Virus record (IMG/VR): IMGVR_UViG_3300029554_000010
Coordinates: 8,938 to 72,937 of that record
Length of the DNA: 64,000 nucleotides
Direction: 5' to 3' (one strand)
Source: a virus
Part shown: piece after piece, positions 27,743-37,674 of the stretch
Layout of the letters: the number at the start of each line of letters is the position of its first letter
Position numbering within the stretch: position 1 is the stretch's first letter
Translations under genes and position numbers: made by a program
The notes under the pieces: generated by a model
Databases searched by the model: none
The model's input: only the letters and a program-made list of their open reading frames with translations
Told to the model about the DNA's origin: nothing

Positions 27743-27991
27743 ATGCCCGGAATTATGGAAGGACATCAGCCTATGAGAAGAATCAGCGAAATGTACAAGC
27801 GTTCGGGCGGTACGAACTATGAACATCAATGCTTTGAATGTAGGATGTTTAAAAACGTTAAAAGATGCAAATGCTTAAATTACGAACTGGATGCTGACTG
27901 GAATCCGAATTGGACAGCCTGCAAATTTTTTACAAAAGATGAAATAGAAGAAATAAAAGGACAGATGAATATTTTTGATTTTGTGAAATGA
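27743..27991 (+). CDS. hypothetical Cys-rich protein
   Basis: 82 aa ORF. Confidence 0.4.
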   Translation: MPGIMEGHQPMRRISEMYKRSGGTNYEHQCFECRMFKNVKRCKCLNYELDADWNPNWTACKFFTKDEIEEIKGQMNIFDFVK

Positions 27992-28174
27992 GAGGTGAGC
28001 ATATGGCAATTGTTACGATTGATGGAAAAGAAATTGACATCGAACAAATTGAACTGCCAGAAGAAATTATTAAAATCATAATTGAATGCTTAGGTTGACC
28101 GCAAAAATATTGTAGTGTAAAATGTGTCGTAACATGATATGTGCGGCACATTTCTACACAAAGGAGGAATAGTC

Positions 28175-29539
28175 ATGGAATGTGTTGCGTATTTGCGTGT
28201 ATCAACAGAAAAACAGGCCGAAGAGGGAAATGGATTAGACAGTCAGAAAAGAGATATTGAAAATTATTGCAGAAAAAATCAATTGATTATATCTGATTGG
28301 TACGAGGATGATGGCTTCACAGGTTCGAATATGAATCGTCCAGCATTGCAACGCTTAATTAATGATTGCTCAAAGAAAAAATTAAAATGTGTTGTAGCGT
28401 TTAAACTAGATCGATTATCAAGAAGCATGGTCGATGGAATATACTTAATTGAACGTGTATTCATACCTAATGGGGTGGATTTTAGATGCGTGCATGATAG
28501 TGTAAGCTACGACAGCCCAATGGAGCAAGCGTACACTCAGATGATGGCAGTGTTTGCGCAACTTGACAAAAATACTATGTTGCTTAGAATGCGTGGCGGT
28601 ATGCTGGAGCGAGTGAAACAGGGATATTGGATGGGAGGTGGCAACACCCCGTATTGCTATAGATATAGCAAAGAAGACGGAATCTTAGTTCCCATACCAG
28701 AGCGCAAAGAAATGGCTTTGCGAGCTATGAATTTGTATATATCCGGTTATTCTGATGTTCGAATACAGAAATTGATAGGATTTAAAAGCGAGTTTGTTAC
28801 ACGACAGGTTCTTACCAGTCCTGTAAATATTGGCATGATTCCGTATAAAGGAAAACTATATAAGGGAAGACATGAACCAATTTTCGATATTAAAGTATTC
28901 GAATTAGCCCAGGAATTAAGAAAAACTCGTAAGCAAAGTAAAAGCTTCTGCGTTAATCACGAGAATCAGCTCTTGACGGGGCTGTGCTATTGCGGAGTGT
29001 GCGGATGCAAGATGAGATATCAGAAGTGGACTCATGGGAAGCATAAAATTTATTGCTATTCAAGGGATAACGGCATGTCGTACTTACCAAATTACAATCC
29101 GAATTGCAGCAATTCGCTTGAGTGGGCAGAAGATATTGAAAAGCAGGTTGAAGATGAGATTTTAAAGATTTCCCTCAATTTATCATCGCATAAGCCAAAA
29201 GAAAGAGAAAGCTGTCTGGACATTTTGAGTAAACAACTCCAAAAAGAGAAAACGAAGCTAAAACGTCTGTATACTCTTTATGCTGAGGGAAATGATACGG
29301 TTCTGGAGATGATAAAAGAAACGGAATCCGGCATAGATGAACTAAAAATAAAAATACAGAACGAGATGAAGAACCCGGATAACTCACAGAAGAAAGAATT
29401 TGTATACGATAATATAAAAAAGCTTGCCGATGTGTGGGAACACATTGACAAGCAAAACAAAAACCGTATATTAAAAACTATAATATCAAAAATAATTATA
29501 GTCAATGGAAATATTGAAATACAGTTAAAAAAATTTTAG
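28175..29539 (+). CDS. large serine recombinase (serine integrase type)
   Basis: N-terminal resolvase catalytic domain (AYLRVSTEKQ, DRLSRS), recombinase domain and a Cys-rich zinc ribbon (CYCGVCGCKM), plus a C-terminal coiled coil. Confidence 0.85.
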   Translation: MECVAYLRVSTEKQAEEGNGLDSQKRDIENYCRKNQLIISDWYEDDGFTGSNMNRPALQRLINDCSKKKLKCVVAFKLDRLSRSMVDGIYLIERVFIPNGVDFRCVHDSVSYDSPMEQAYTQMMAVFAQLDKNTMLLRMRGGMLERVKQGYWMGGGNTPYCYRYSKEDGILVPIPERKEMALRAMNLYISGYSDVRIQKLIGFKSEFVTRQVLTSPVNIGMIPYKGKLYKGRHEPIFDIKVFELAQELRKTRKQSKSFCVNHENQLLTGLCYCGVCGCKMRYQKWTHGKHKIYCYSRDNGMSYLPNYNPNCSNSLEWAEDIEKQVEDEILKISLNLSSHKPKERESCLDILSKQLQKEKTKLKRLYTLYAEGNDTVLEMIKETESGIDELKIKIQNEMKNPDNSQKKEFVYDNIKKLADVWEHIDKQNKNRILKTIISKIIIVNGNIEIQLKKF

Positions 29540-29624
29540 CATAAACTATATGCCATCGGAGTCGCATTATGTAAGTGCTAATAATGCCGCACGTATCATG
29601 TTAATAAATAACAGGAGGGTAACG

Positions 29625-30302
29625 ATGATCTCACAAGGAATTAGTCATACCGCATATGATGTAATGAGAGAATACATGATTATAGGAGCAGAACTGGACG
29701 GAAAATATCAGATACCGATGTTAGATAGATACACAGGGCATCCGGGCGAAGATACTGTGGATTTCAAGGATAGCTTCAGTCCAAAGATTAAGAACCACCG
29801 CAAACTGACGGTGAATTTTTATATCCACGACTACGAATTTGAAAAAATTTGGAATAATCCAGACAGATACCTGGAACATTTAAAATGTTTCCATAGCGTG
29901 ATAGGCCCTGACTTTTCTATGGCAGTGGGAGAGAATGGAATGCCATTTGCAATGAATATCTATCAGAAGTACCGTAATCATGCATTGTCTCATTATCTCA
30001 GCATGAACGGAATTAAAGTTATTCCGAACGTAAGCATACCGCCAGAGTATTGCTATGACTGGGCTTTTGATGGTGTGCCAAAAAGAAGCACCGTAGCATG
30101 TTGCACCAATGGAAGAATTAAATCCAGAGCATCCAGAGAAGAATTCTGTATAGGCTTTAAAGAAATGGAAAGGCGCATAGAGCCACTGCGAGTTATCGTT
30201 GTAGGGAAAATACCACCTGAACTCAATACGGACGTGGACATCATCAATTTCAAGACCAGAAGTCAGAAGATCAAGGATAAGGAGGGAAAATATGGGGTAT
30301 AG
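29625..30302 (+). CDS. DUF4417-like protein
   Basis: RBS AGGAGGG before the ATG; family assignment from memory of the motif FYIHDYEF...W and is uncertain. Confidence 0.4.
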   Translation: MISQGISHTAYDVMREYMIIGAELDGKYQIPMLDRYTGHPGEDTVDFKDSFSPKIKNHRKLTVNFYIHDYEFEKIWNNPDRYLEHLKCFHSVIGPDFSMAVGENGMPFAMNIYQKYRNHALSHYLSMNGIKVIPNVSIPPEYCYDWAFDGVPKRSTVACCTNGRIKSRASREEFCIGFKEMERRIEPLRVIVVGKIPPELNTDVDIINFKTRSQKIKDKEGKYGV

Positions 30303-30518
30303 TACTGGAAACTCATTGAGAAAGAAATCGAAGACCAAAAAACAGGAAGAACGAGAACAGAGGATGAAAAGTGGAACCGCAATAAAGAAGAAAAGAAGCA
30401 CTGGTAAAGTAGATCATCTAAATAAATTGAAATAATTTTACATTTTCCACAGTCCCAAAATAGATGCTATAAAAATATTTGTACAAAATTACAAATAAAT
30501 AAAAATTATAAAACGACC

Positions 30519-30584
30519 CGTATCCATGGAAAAATGATTTTTTTCGTTCAAAATCCATGCTTCGGGTCTTTTTGAATGTCTGTG
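30519..30584 (+). terminator. long hairpin GACCCG...CGGGTC followed by TTTTT
   Basis: read directly; lies in the non-coding stretch after the DUF4417 gene. Confidence 0.35.
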
Positions 30585-30798
30585 AAAATTAGCACTCGTG
30601 AGACTTCATAGTAAAGCGATAATGCATCAAGGAATATATCCGCGGCAAAACATGCTGCCATCCGATGCACACGATCATACTATAAACATTGTAATTAATT
30701 GCATAATTGCGTCTAAAATCAATTCGAACGGCATAAGCCTATACTTTATCGGGTGACGATACAAAACGGCTTAAAAATCAAAATACAGCGTTAAAACA

Positions 30799-31140
30799 TT
30801 ATAAAGCAGCATGCCGGGATATAATATAATAACCCAATGCCATTATAAAGCCTGTAAACGTGCCTAAAATCAATTTTATATATACAGTTGATAAAATACA
30901 CATGCAAACATATAAACGGTTGCAAAACGTCAAATAAGCGCTTACAAGGATAACGAAACCGGCAAGAACTGCATAAGCTGGACGGACTGCCAGAAAAACA
31001 GCGTGTAAAAATGGTTCGCAAATAAGACCGCCCGAAGCGATCCGGAATAGATGCAGCCGTAGACCTGGACAGAAACCAATCCGGCATTTATCCACATTGA
31101 CATATATAAACATAATACGCCCGTTATATTTTGCCGTCAA
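30799..31140 (-). CDS. possible small polytopic membrane protein
   Basis: strongly hydrophobic 113-aa ORF in an otherwise ORF-poor 0.9 kb region; could be spurious. Confidence 0.25.
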   Translation of the reverse strand: MTAKYNGRIMFIYVNVDKCRIGFCPGLRLHLFRIASGGLICEPFLHAVFLAVRPAYAVLAGFVILVSAYLTFCNRLYVCMCILSTVYIKLILGTFTGFIMALGYYIISRHAAL

Positions 31141-31316
31141 TCCTTTTAATTGATTGCGTAAAACTTCCTAGAAATGATTTTATAGCCATATCCGGTAAAA
31201 TGTACCATGAAGCAATTAAAAGCCGTTAAAAGGCAAATATAACAAAGCAACGCAAAGAAAACCGTTTCGCACGTCGTGAGCGTGCCGATGGCCTAAAGCC
31301 GTAAAGCGGTAAAAAA

Positions 31317-31694
31317 TTAATTATAAATACTATCAAAAGCGGGTTTGTATTCCGGATGTAACAGCACAAAGTCAACAACTTTGTTATATGCCCGGCTGCC
31401 GTCCTTCGTTTCATGATATTCTAAGTTGAAAATATCATGCAACTTTTTCACCAGCTCATAAAAAGCACAAGCTTTTTCTTTTTCTTTTCGGTCATAGACT
31501 TTTATGCACATCGCATGATAATTGCATTCTACAACAAGGCTTTTGTGTCTGGATAACTTAGACCGGCACCAATACATAAGATCATGTTCACCTATTTCAA
31601 AATCAAACACATACCCGGTAAGACCGTACATATATTTTGATTCTGTATATTTTAAGTTGTATTTTTTAGCGAAAGATATAACTGTTTTATTCAT
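31317..31694 (-). CDS. hypothetical protein
   Basis: minus-strand RBS GGAGGG before MNKTVISFAKKY. Confidence 0.45.
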   Translation of the reverse strand: MNKTVISFAKKYNLKYTESKYMYGLTGYVFDFEIGEHDLMYWCRSKLSRHKSLVVECNYHAMCIKVYDRKEKEKACAFYELVKKLHDIFNLEYHETKDGSRAYNKVVDFVLLHPEYKPAFDSIYN

Positions 31695-31752
31695 TTTTAG
31701 GCCCTCCAATTTAGGAAAACAGGCGGGAAAGCCCCGCCTGGAATTGTTTTAT

Positions 31753-31956
31753 TTAGTTCAAACAAGCGTTTATTTTTTCTTTCAGATGCGGGAACGCTTC
31801 ACAAATTTCTTGCACGCTGTCGGCGTAATAATCACCAACTATTTTGCCAAAAATTCTTATATTACCAGAATAAAAACAGCCAAGATCATTAAACCAAATA
31901 TCGAGCCCGGTTGCCTGTTCTTTTTTATCGTTGTACCACATGTCTATTTTGATCAT
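31753..31956 (-). CDS. hypothetical small protein
   Basis: 67 aa; a terminator-like GGCGGG..CCCGCC hairpin lies between it and the next gene. Confidence 0.4.
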   Translation of the reverse strand: MIKIDMWYNDKKEQATGLDIWFNDLGCFYSGNIRIFGKIVGDYYADSVQEICEAFPHLKEKINACLN

Positions 31957-32298
31957 TGTATAGCCCTCCTTTTTATGCTGCCATTAAAATAATTTTTATA
32001 ACATTTTCTTCCCAATCAAAGAAAGTATAATAATTATGCTCAAAATAATACTTTTCTTTTTCCAGATCATTTTTTTGAATCTGGGAACATATTTACAAGT
32101 GTTTTTGTCATTTCTGCGACTTTCTGGCGTTCTGACATTGTTAGCGCCTCCCCGTTAATATCCAACTAAAATATAATGAGCAATCAACAAAAATGGGAAA
32201 GAAGCAACCGCAAAGCCTAACAAGTAGGTTTTTACGGCATGAATAACTTTTCTTCGGTGGATTGCTTGCCACTGGGAATAGGTATATTTTTTCACGGT

Positions 32299-32694
32299 TC
32301 ATACCTCCATTTTTTTGTGTGCTTCGTCAAAATCTTCTTCGAGATTGTCCAGCACTTCAGAAATTGCGGAGCCTAATAAGTAACATCTAATAGAAACGTC
32401 AATAGATTCGAAATTATCATTCAGCCACCAGTCACACACTTGTTTTTTGCAATCAAATTCGCTAACCATTTCGTTAACAAGTTCTTTGTTACTGTTTACG
32501 TAGTTTTCAGCTGCGGCACGATTAAAGGTATAACTTCCGCTTGCATTACCAGTCACGTTGTCTTCTGTCCAAAGTTCATCATTCAATTTTTCTTCCAGTT
32601 CTTCCAGACTGTCAAAATCTTCGAAATTAATTTCACTGTCAATATAGTTTTTAACGTCTTCTTTTACTGCTTCCATGTAATTATATTTTGTCAT
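32299..32694 (-). CDS. highly acidic hypothetical protein
   Basis: 131 aa, D/E-rich. Confidence 0.45.
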   Translation of the reverse strand: MTKYNYMEAVKEDVKNYIDSEINFEDFDSLEELEEKLNDELWTEDNVTGNASGSYTFNRAAAENYVNSNKELVNEMVSEFDCKKQVCDWWLNDNFESIDVSIRCYLLGSAISEVLDNLEEDFDEAHKKMEV

Positions 32695-32913
32695 TGTTTT
32701 TTACCTTTGCCCCTGCTATAATGGGGCTACCTTTCATTTTTTTGTTGGGTGCCGGTTGTTTGTCTTGGTAGGATTGCAACCGGCTTTTTTATTTAGTCAT
32801 CCGCGAACTAGAATTTTTCAATTAATCGGATCCGGTATCTTATGTTTGAGTGGTTCAGGCGGTCCGGTTGTTTGTTTCTTGTGTTCCCTTCGTTGATATT
32901 ATAATACTACATA

Positions 32914-33337
32914 TAAGGCACAAAAGCAATATACATACTATACAAATATAAGGCACAGAATAAGAACATAAATTGTATAAAATGTATAAGGCACAAAAAT
33001 AGAAATATAACACTTCCTATTATATGTTAAGAAAAGAAAATAATACTTGAAAATAAGGCACAAAATATATATAATATAAATAACATAATATAAGGAGGGG
33101 AAACAATGCCAGAAGAAAGAAAGACAACAGATGCACAAAGAAAAGCTATATATAATTACGATGAAAAATTTGAGCGTGTCAATTGTAGATTCAAAATAGG
33201 CACAAAAGAAGCAATAACAAAAGCAGGATATAAAAGCATAAACGATTTTATCAAATTAGCTGTTGCAGAAAAATTGGAACGTGAAAAGAAAATACTTGAA
33301 TAAGGCACAAAATACTATTGACATATAAGGCACAAAA
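32914..33337 (+). repeat. iteron-like array: six direct copies of TAAGGCACA(A/G)AA flanking a small gene
   Basis: copies at 32914, 32949, 32987, 33054, 33301 and 33326, all in the same orientation and embedded in AT-rich DNA. Confidence 0.6.
33106..33303 (+). CDS. small putative DNA-binding protein bracketed by the iteron-like repeats
   Basis: 65 aa basic protein; RBS AAGGAGGGG. Confidence 0.45.
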   Translation: MPEERKTTDAQRKAIYNYDEKFERVNCRFKIGTKEAITKAGYKSINDFIKLAVAEKLEREKKILE

Positions 33338-33597
33338 CATTATAATTATAGTTGTAAGGAAGCAAAAACCTTATAGGCTATAGAAAGGAGAAAATATGGA
33401 AGATATGAAAGAATTTGTAGCATATGCAAGAAAACTTTTAAGAGTCATTAACAAGATCGAAAAATATCTTGAAAATGGCGAATCCGAAAAAGCTCTTGAG
33501 TTGGTCAGAGAGTTAAAAGAGGACACACAAAAAGACATCGAAGCATAAAACAAACGGGGCGAGCAATCGCCCCAAACAATAAAGGGAGGGTAAAAAA

Positions 33598-33921
33598 ATG
33601 AAAATGTATAAATTCAGAGGTTTTGGAGAAAAAGACACGCAGCATTTTAACGAATTACTTAGAAAAATCGGTGAAAGAATCAACAACGACACCGAGATCA
33701 TAGAAAAAGCGAAAGAAGTAAACAAAAAATATTTCCAGAAATTGCAGGAAATCGCAAGTAATCTGGAAAATGCAGAATTTGCCGGGAATCAAATTAAACG
33801 GCTCAACGATAGCACCGGCCGCTATATGTATATTAAAAATATCAAAGATGAAGAAGAAAAAATAGAATATGATGCAGAAATAGACCTTCTTACATGGTCA
33901 TTTACTTTACTAGAAATTTAA
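33598..33921 (+). CDS. hypothetical protein
   Basis: RBS AAGGGAGGG; 107 aa. Confidence 0.45.
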   Translation: MKMYKFRGFGEKDTQHFNELLRKIGERINNDTEIIEKAKEVNKKYFQKLQEIASNLENAEFAGNQIKRLNDSTGRYMYIKNIKDEEEKIEYDAEIDLLTWSFTLLEI

Positions 33922-33929
33922 CAAAAATA

Positions 33930-33959
33930 AGCCCTTTGGCAAATTCCAAGGGGCTTTTA
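33930..33959 (+). terminator. intrinsic terminator AGCCCTTTGG-loop-CCAAGGGGCT plus TTTT
   Basis: 10-bp stem followed by a T-run directly after the stop codon. Confidence 0.55.
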
Positions 33960-34591
33960 TAATGCTTTTTTGTGGCGGCTTTTAGGACAGGTGCAGAACT
34001 GCCGCCGAAGTCCTGACATAATTATTCATAGCACAACCCAGATAAAAAGTCAACGACATTTTTTACTTGACTTTTACGAATCGTTCTGTTATGTTCGATA
34101 TAACGAAGCCGACGGAACTCAGGAAGGGCAGGGCTGACAAAGCGGATCGTAACTAAATGCGAAAAAAATATAGCCAGATCATGCCGGATCAGATGCCGGA
34201 AGGTCTGGCTTTTTGTGTGTTCAAAATGCCCTATTATAATATTATATATATTAATATTATGGATTATGAATATCTATAATTATAGTTATTCCCTGTCCCT
34301 TCCTAGATTCCAGAGCTGAGTTGATTAATATAATATTGTATATAGTATATATAATATACATAGATATAGTATATGCTGTTATATGAGATTGACTAAAAGT
34401 TTTAAATTAATAGTTGACAGAATAACAACTTGTATGTTAATACTGTTAATAGAGATACAGATACAGACCGAAAGCGAGAACGAACCGCTGGAGGACTGAA
34501 CCGGTTAGCGACTGGACAACGAACCAGAGCCGACCGGCTTTTTTTATTTATAATGATTTAATAGATTAACGTTATAAAGTGAGGTGATACA

Positions 34592-35287
34592 GTGCAGAAT
34601 ACAAACAACGGCGTGTTAGATACGTTTAAACAGGACACAAAGAAATACTTAGATATATTTTGCGCTGAATATGGTATTGAAGACCTTATGAAAGCACCTC
34701 AGAACACATTTGAGTCAGCTCTTAGTTATGCAGGGGATCATGTATTTCTGAAGCCTGAAAACGTAACGCTCAAGTACAACAGACAGACTATATTAGATTG
34801 CGATAATGCAGAACTGATCAATTACATACTCGACTATTATATATTTATATGTGGCGTATATAACAAGGAGTCAAATATACAAGGGTTTGCTAAATATATT
34901 AAGATTAGTGAACAGACTATGTATAACTGGGTAAATGGAGAATATAAGACAAAGATATATATAGATACAGACGGCAATGTTATTAAGGATATACAGGAGT
35001 GGAAGTTGAATAAGAGAGGGGAGTATAGGGAAATAGCAAGCACAGCACACCTTGACCTAATCAAAAAATTAAATGCGAATGACGAACACTCACTTGCAAA
35101 CATTGGAATCAGTGATAAGAATAACACAGGTGTGGCAATGAAACTCAATTCTAAATTCGGATGGAACGCACCAAACGGACGGAGCGCAGAAGAGAACAAC
35201 GGAAAGCCAAAGCAGACAGCACAACAGATCGCGGACAAGTACAAGGACGTGTTGGAGCTTCCGGAGATGGAAAAGCCGGAGCTATAA
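34592..35287 (+). CDS. hypothetical protein
   Basis: 231 aa ORF with a GTG start after RBS GTGAGGTGA. Confidence 0.45.
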   Translation: MQNTNNGVLDTFKQDTKKYLDIFCAEYGIEDLMKAPQNTFESALSYAGDHVFLKPENVTLKYNRQTILDCDNAELINYILDYYIFICGVYNKESNIQGFAKYIKISEQTMYNWVNGEYKTKIYIDTDGNVIKDIQEWKLNKRGEYREIASTAHLDLIKKLNANDEHSLANIGISDKNNTGVAMKLNSKFGWNAPNGRSAEENNGKPKQTAQQIADKYKDVLELPEMEKPEL

Positions 35288-35592
35288 CAATATGTTGTAC
35301 TTTCTGGGACTAGCGCACAATATATAGTAACGTTCAATGTTCTTTTAGGGTGTACCCTAAGTATACATCGGCATAACAACGATTTTTTGTGCAATATGAC
35401 AATAAAACGCGAGTAATATTCCTTGATCGCTGCCGCAGACCGAACGAATAACAGCGTTAAGGCCAGAGCAGCGGGAACCCATAGGGAAAAGGGCTACCCG
35501 GTCAGCGTTACCAGGAACAGACCCGGGAGGGGGTATATATACAGACCCACATCGGCCTAGTGAGTCCTCCGAGTTCCCGAAAAAATAAAAAA

Positions 35593-35613
35593 GCCCCGTC
35601 AATGTGACGGGGC
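35593..35613 (-). terminator. hairpin GCCCCGTCAATGTGACGGGGC flanked by an A-run and a T-run
   Basis: 8-bp stem; positioned to serve the minus-strand XRE gene. Confidence 0.5.
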
Positions 35614-35634
35614 AAGTAAAAAAAAGAAGAGCCA

Positions 35635-35868
35635 TTACGACTCTTCTCTAACATCATCAATATTAAATTTGACAATTACATCTGGTATGGCTTCAACCAC
35701 TATTTGGCATCCGAGGAAATCCAGAATAGTAATCAACTCATTAGCAGAAAGCGTTCCTCTGGAAAACTTATTTGCCAAAGCTTGTGGAGAAGTTCCAAGA
35801 TGTTCGGCAACTTGAACATTTGTTATTTTCTTCAGCTTCATGATTTGCTTAACTTTTTGAGATACCAT
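35635..35868 (-). CDS. XRE-family HTH regulator
   Basis: HTH segment ITNVQVAEHLGTSPQALANKFSRG. Confidence 0.65.
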   Translation of the reverse strand: MVSQKVKQIMKLKKITNVQVAEHLGTSPQALANKFSRGTLSANELITILDFLGCQIVVEAIPDVIVKFNIDDVREES

Positions 35869-36005
35869 GACAACACCTCCTATCTACATAATAAACGCAA
35901 ATGTTATAAAAATCAAATAAAATTCACTTAAACGTGTATTTTACTATTGATATAGCACACACTATGGTGTATAATTAAACCATAAAGAAACAGGAGCGTG
36001 TATAT

Positions 36006-36596
36006 ATGAAGGTAGGATATGTAAGGGTTTCAACAGTTGACCAGAACGAAGCAAGACAGATGGAAGCATTGAGAGAAGAGGGAGTTGATAGTATTTACAT
36101 GGATAAGAAATCCGGCAAAGACTTCAACCGTCCTGAGTACCAGAAGATGATTGCTTCTCTTCAAAAAGGTGATGTACTGGTAGTTCATTCGATTGACCGA
36201 CTTGGAAGAAACTATGAAGAGATTATTACTGAATGGAGAAAAATCACAAAAGAGATTGAAGCAGATATTATTGTACAAGATATGCCATTGCTCAATACTT
36301 CACAGAACAAGGATTTGACGGGAACCCTGATAGCAGATATTGTTTTGCAGCTTCTTTCATATGTAGCACAAAGAGAAAGGGAAAATATCCGTCAGCGTCA
36401 GAAAGAAGGTATTGCAATTGCAAAGGCTCAAGGCAAATATAAAGGACGTGCAAAGAAAGAGATTGACAAAAAACTTTTTGAAGATACTAAAGCCAGATGG
36501 CAGAATGGTGAGATTACAAAAATTCAATTTGCTGAGATCATTGGAGTTTCCAGGGGAACATTATACAAAATCTTAGGGGAGGAAAAGGATGATTGA
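36006..36596 (+). CDS. small serine recombinase, resolvase/invertase (Hin/Gin-like) with a C-terminal HTH
   Basis: MKVGYVRVSTVDQN catalytic serine motif, SIDRLGRN, C-terminal HTH IGVSRGTLYKIL. Confidence 0.8.
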   Translation: MKVGYVRVSTVDQNEARQMEALREEGVDSIYMDKKSGKDFNRPEYQKMIASLQKGDVLVVHSIDRLGRNYEEIITEWRKITKEIEADIIVQDMPLLNTSQNKDLTGTLIADIVLQLLSYVAQRERENIRQRQKEGIAIAKAQGKYKGRAKKEIDKKLFEDTKARWQNGEITKIQFAEIIGVSRGTLYKILGEEKDD

Positions 36597-37056
36597 TTTT
36601 GCAAACAAGGCTATTACTACAAAAAGTGATTTAGAATCGGAACAGTTGCTTAAAAAAGCTGTGGCACAAGGGTTTGGATTACCAAAAGGCGAAAAAGCTT
36701 TAATTACTAACAGATTCTTTAGATTTATCGGAAGTCCATATAAGCAGATTTTAATTCCATCAACGATAAGCCATGCAGAATTTGACCAGGCTATTTCTTA
36801 CACGGATTTGTTTGGTGATCCTGAAACGGAATTAAGAAAAATTGTTGATTCAGCTACAAGATGGTGCAGAGCTTATGGATATGAGCATTTAAGCATATTT
36901 GCAAATGAGGGAATAGATAAATTTTCTGGCAAAGGACTTGCGAAAACTTCAGAAGGCATTATCCAGCGTGTTGATGTTGATGTAATGAAACCAAGAAAGA
37001 TTACTATTGCCGAGTTGGAAAAACAGCTTGGATGCCCGATTGAGATTGTTAGTTAA
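36589..37056 (+). CDS. hypothetical protein
   Basis: coupled to the invertase (ATGA overlap). Confidence 0.45.
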   Translation: MIDFANKAITTKSDLESEQLLKKAVAQGFGLPKGEKALITNRFFRFIGSPYKQILIPSTISHAEFDQAISYTDLFGDPETELRKIVDSATRWCRAYGYEHLSIFANEGIDKFSGKGLAKTSEGIIQRVDVDVMKPRKITIAELEKQLGCPIEIVS

Positions 37057-37069
37057 GGACACTGCTTAT

Positions 37070-37218
37070 GAGAAATAATAAACCCGAAGGCGAATCAATC
37101 AGAATCCGGTTGCCGTACCAGCTAGAACGAAAACTCATAGTTGAGAAGAACCGAACCGGTAAAAGCGTGTCGCAGATCACAAGGGAAGCACTGACAGAAT
37201 ATTTTCGGAGAAGGTAGG
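37070..37218 (+). CDS. small ribbon-helix-helix-like protein
   Basis: 49 aa; IRIRLPYQLERKLIVEKNRTGKSVSQITREALTEYF fits an RHH pattern. Confidence 0.4.
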
Positions 37219-37221
37219 CAA

Positions 37222-37674
37222 ATGTCGATACTTGAAAAATTTTTTAAAAATAAAAAAGGCGGTTTGGCCGTACAGGATGAAAGCCAGAATCTTTCAGATA
37301 AGATTATCTTAAATAACGAGATTGATATAATAAGCCACAATGAATCCGTTCTGGAAGACGGTAGGTTATACGACACATCAAAAGCAGAAAAGGTTTTTAG
37401 TGATCCAACAAGCGTAAATTGTATTTGTTTTGGTAGATCAAGATGCAGGACTTATTTTTTGACAAAAAACGGAAGATGGTTTTCTGCTGATGAAGATACG
37501 GAACGTGTTAGTGGTAAAATTTCTGAGGGCGAGCGAATATGCATTCAGGATATAAAAGTATTTACTACATATAGCAATCTTCGTATAGAGGGAAGATATA
37601 CAGTTAAAGACTTGATTGGGAAAAACAATTATGAATTGTACAAGAAATATTTTGGGGAGGTAGAGGAAGCATGA
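37222..37674 (+). CDS. hypothetical protein
   Basis: 150 aa ORF. Confidence 0.45.
   Translation: MSILEKFFKNKKGGLAVQDESQNLSDKIILNNEIDIISHNESVLEDGRLYDTSKAEKVFSDPTSVNCICFGRSRCRTYFLTKNGRWFSADEDTERVSGKISEGERICIQDIKVFTTYSNLRIEGRYTVKDLIGKNNYELYKKYFGEVEEA

Noticed and set aside
29880-30401. 173-aa minus-strand ORF antisense to the DUF4417-like gene
   Set aside because: Completely overlaps a plus-strand gene with a good RBS; composition typical of an antisense artefact.
30791-31087. 98-aa minus-strand ORF overlapping the possible membrane-protein ORF 30799-31140
   Set aside because: Alternative frame of the same region with a Cys/Arg-rich unlikely product; only the hydrophobic frame was kept, at low confidence.
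34592-35287. Calling this 231-aa protein the terminase small subunit
   Set aside because: It lies about 9 kb upstream of the terminase large subunit, separated by the invertase cassette and tRNA-like array, and has no recognisable small-terminase motifs; left as hypothetical.
35357-35635. 92-aa minus-strand ORF in the GC-richer non-coding segment
   Set aside because: No RBS, Gly/Pro/Ser-rich translation typical of GC-rich non-coding DNA; region better explained as non-coding or RNA.
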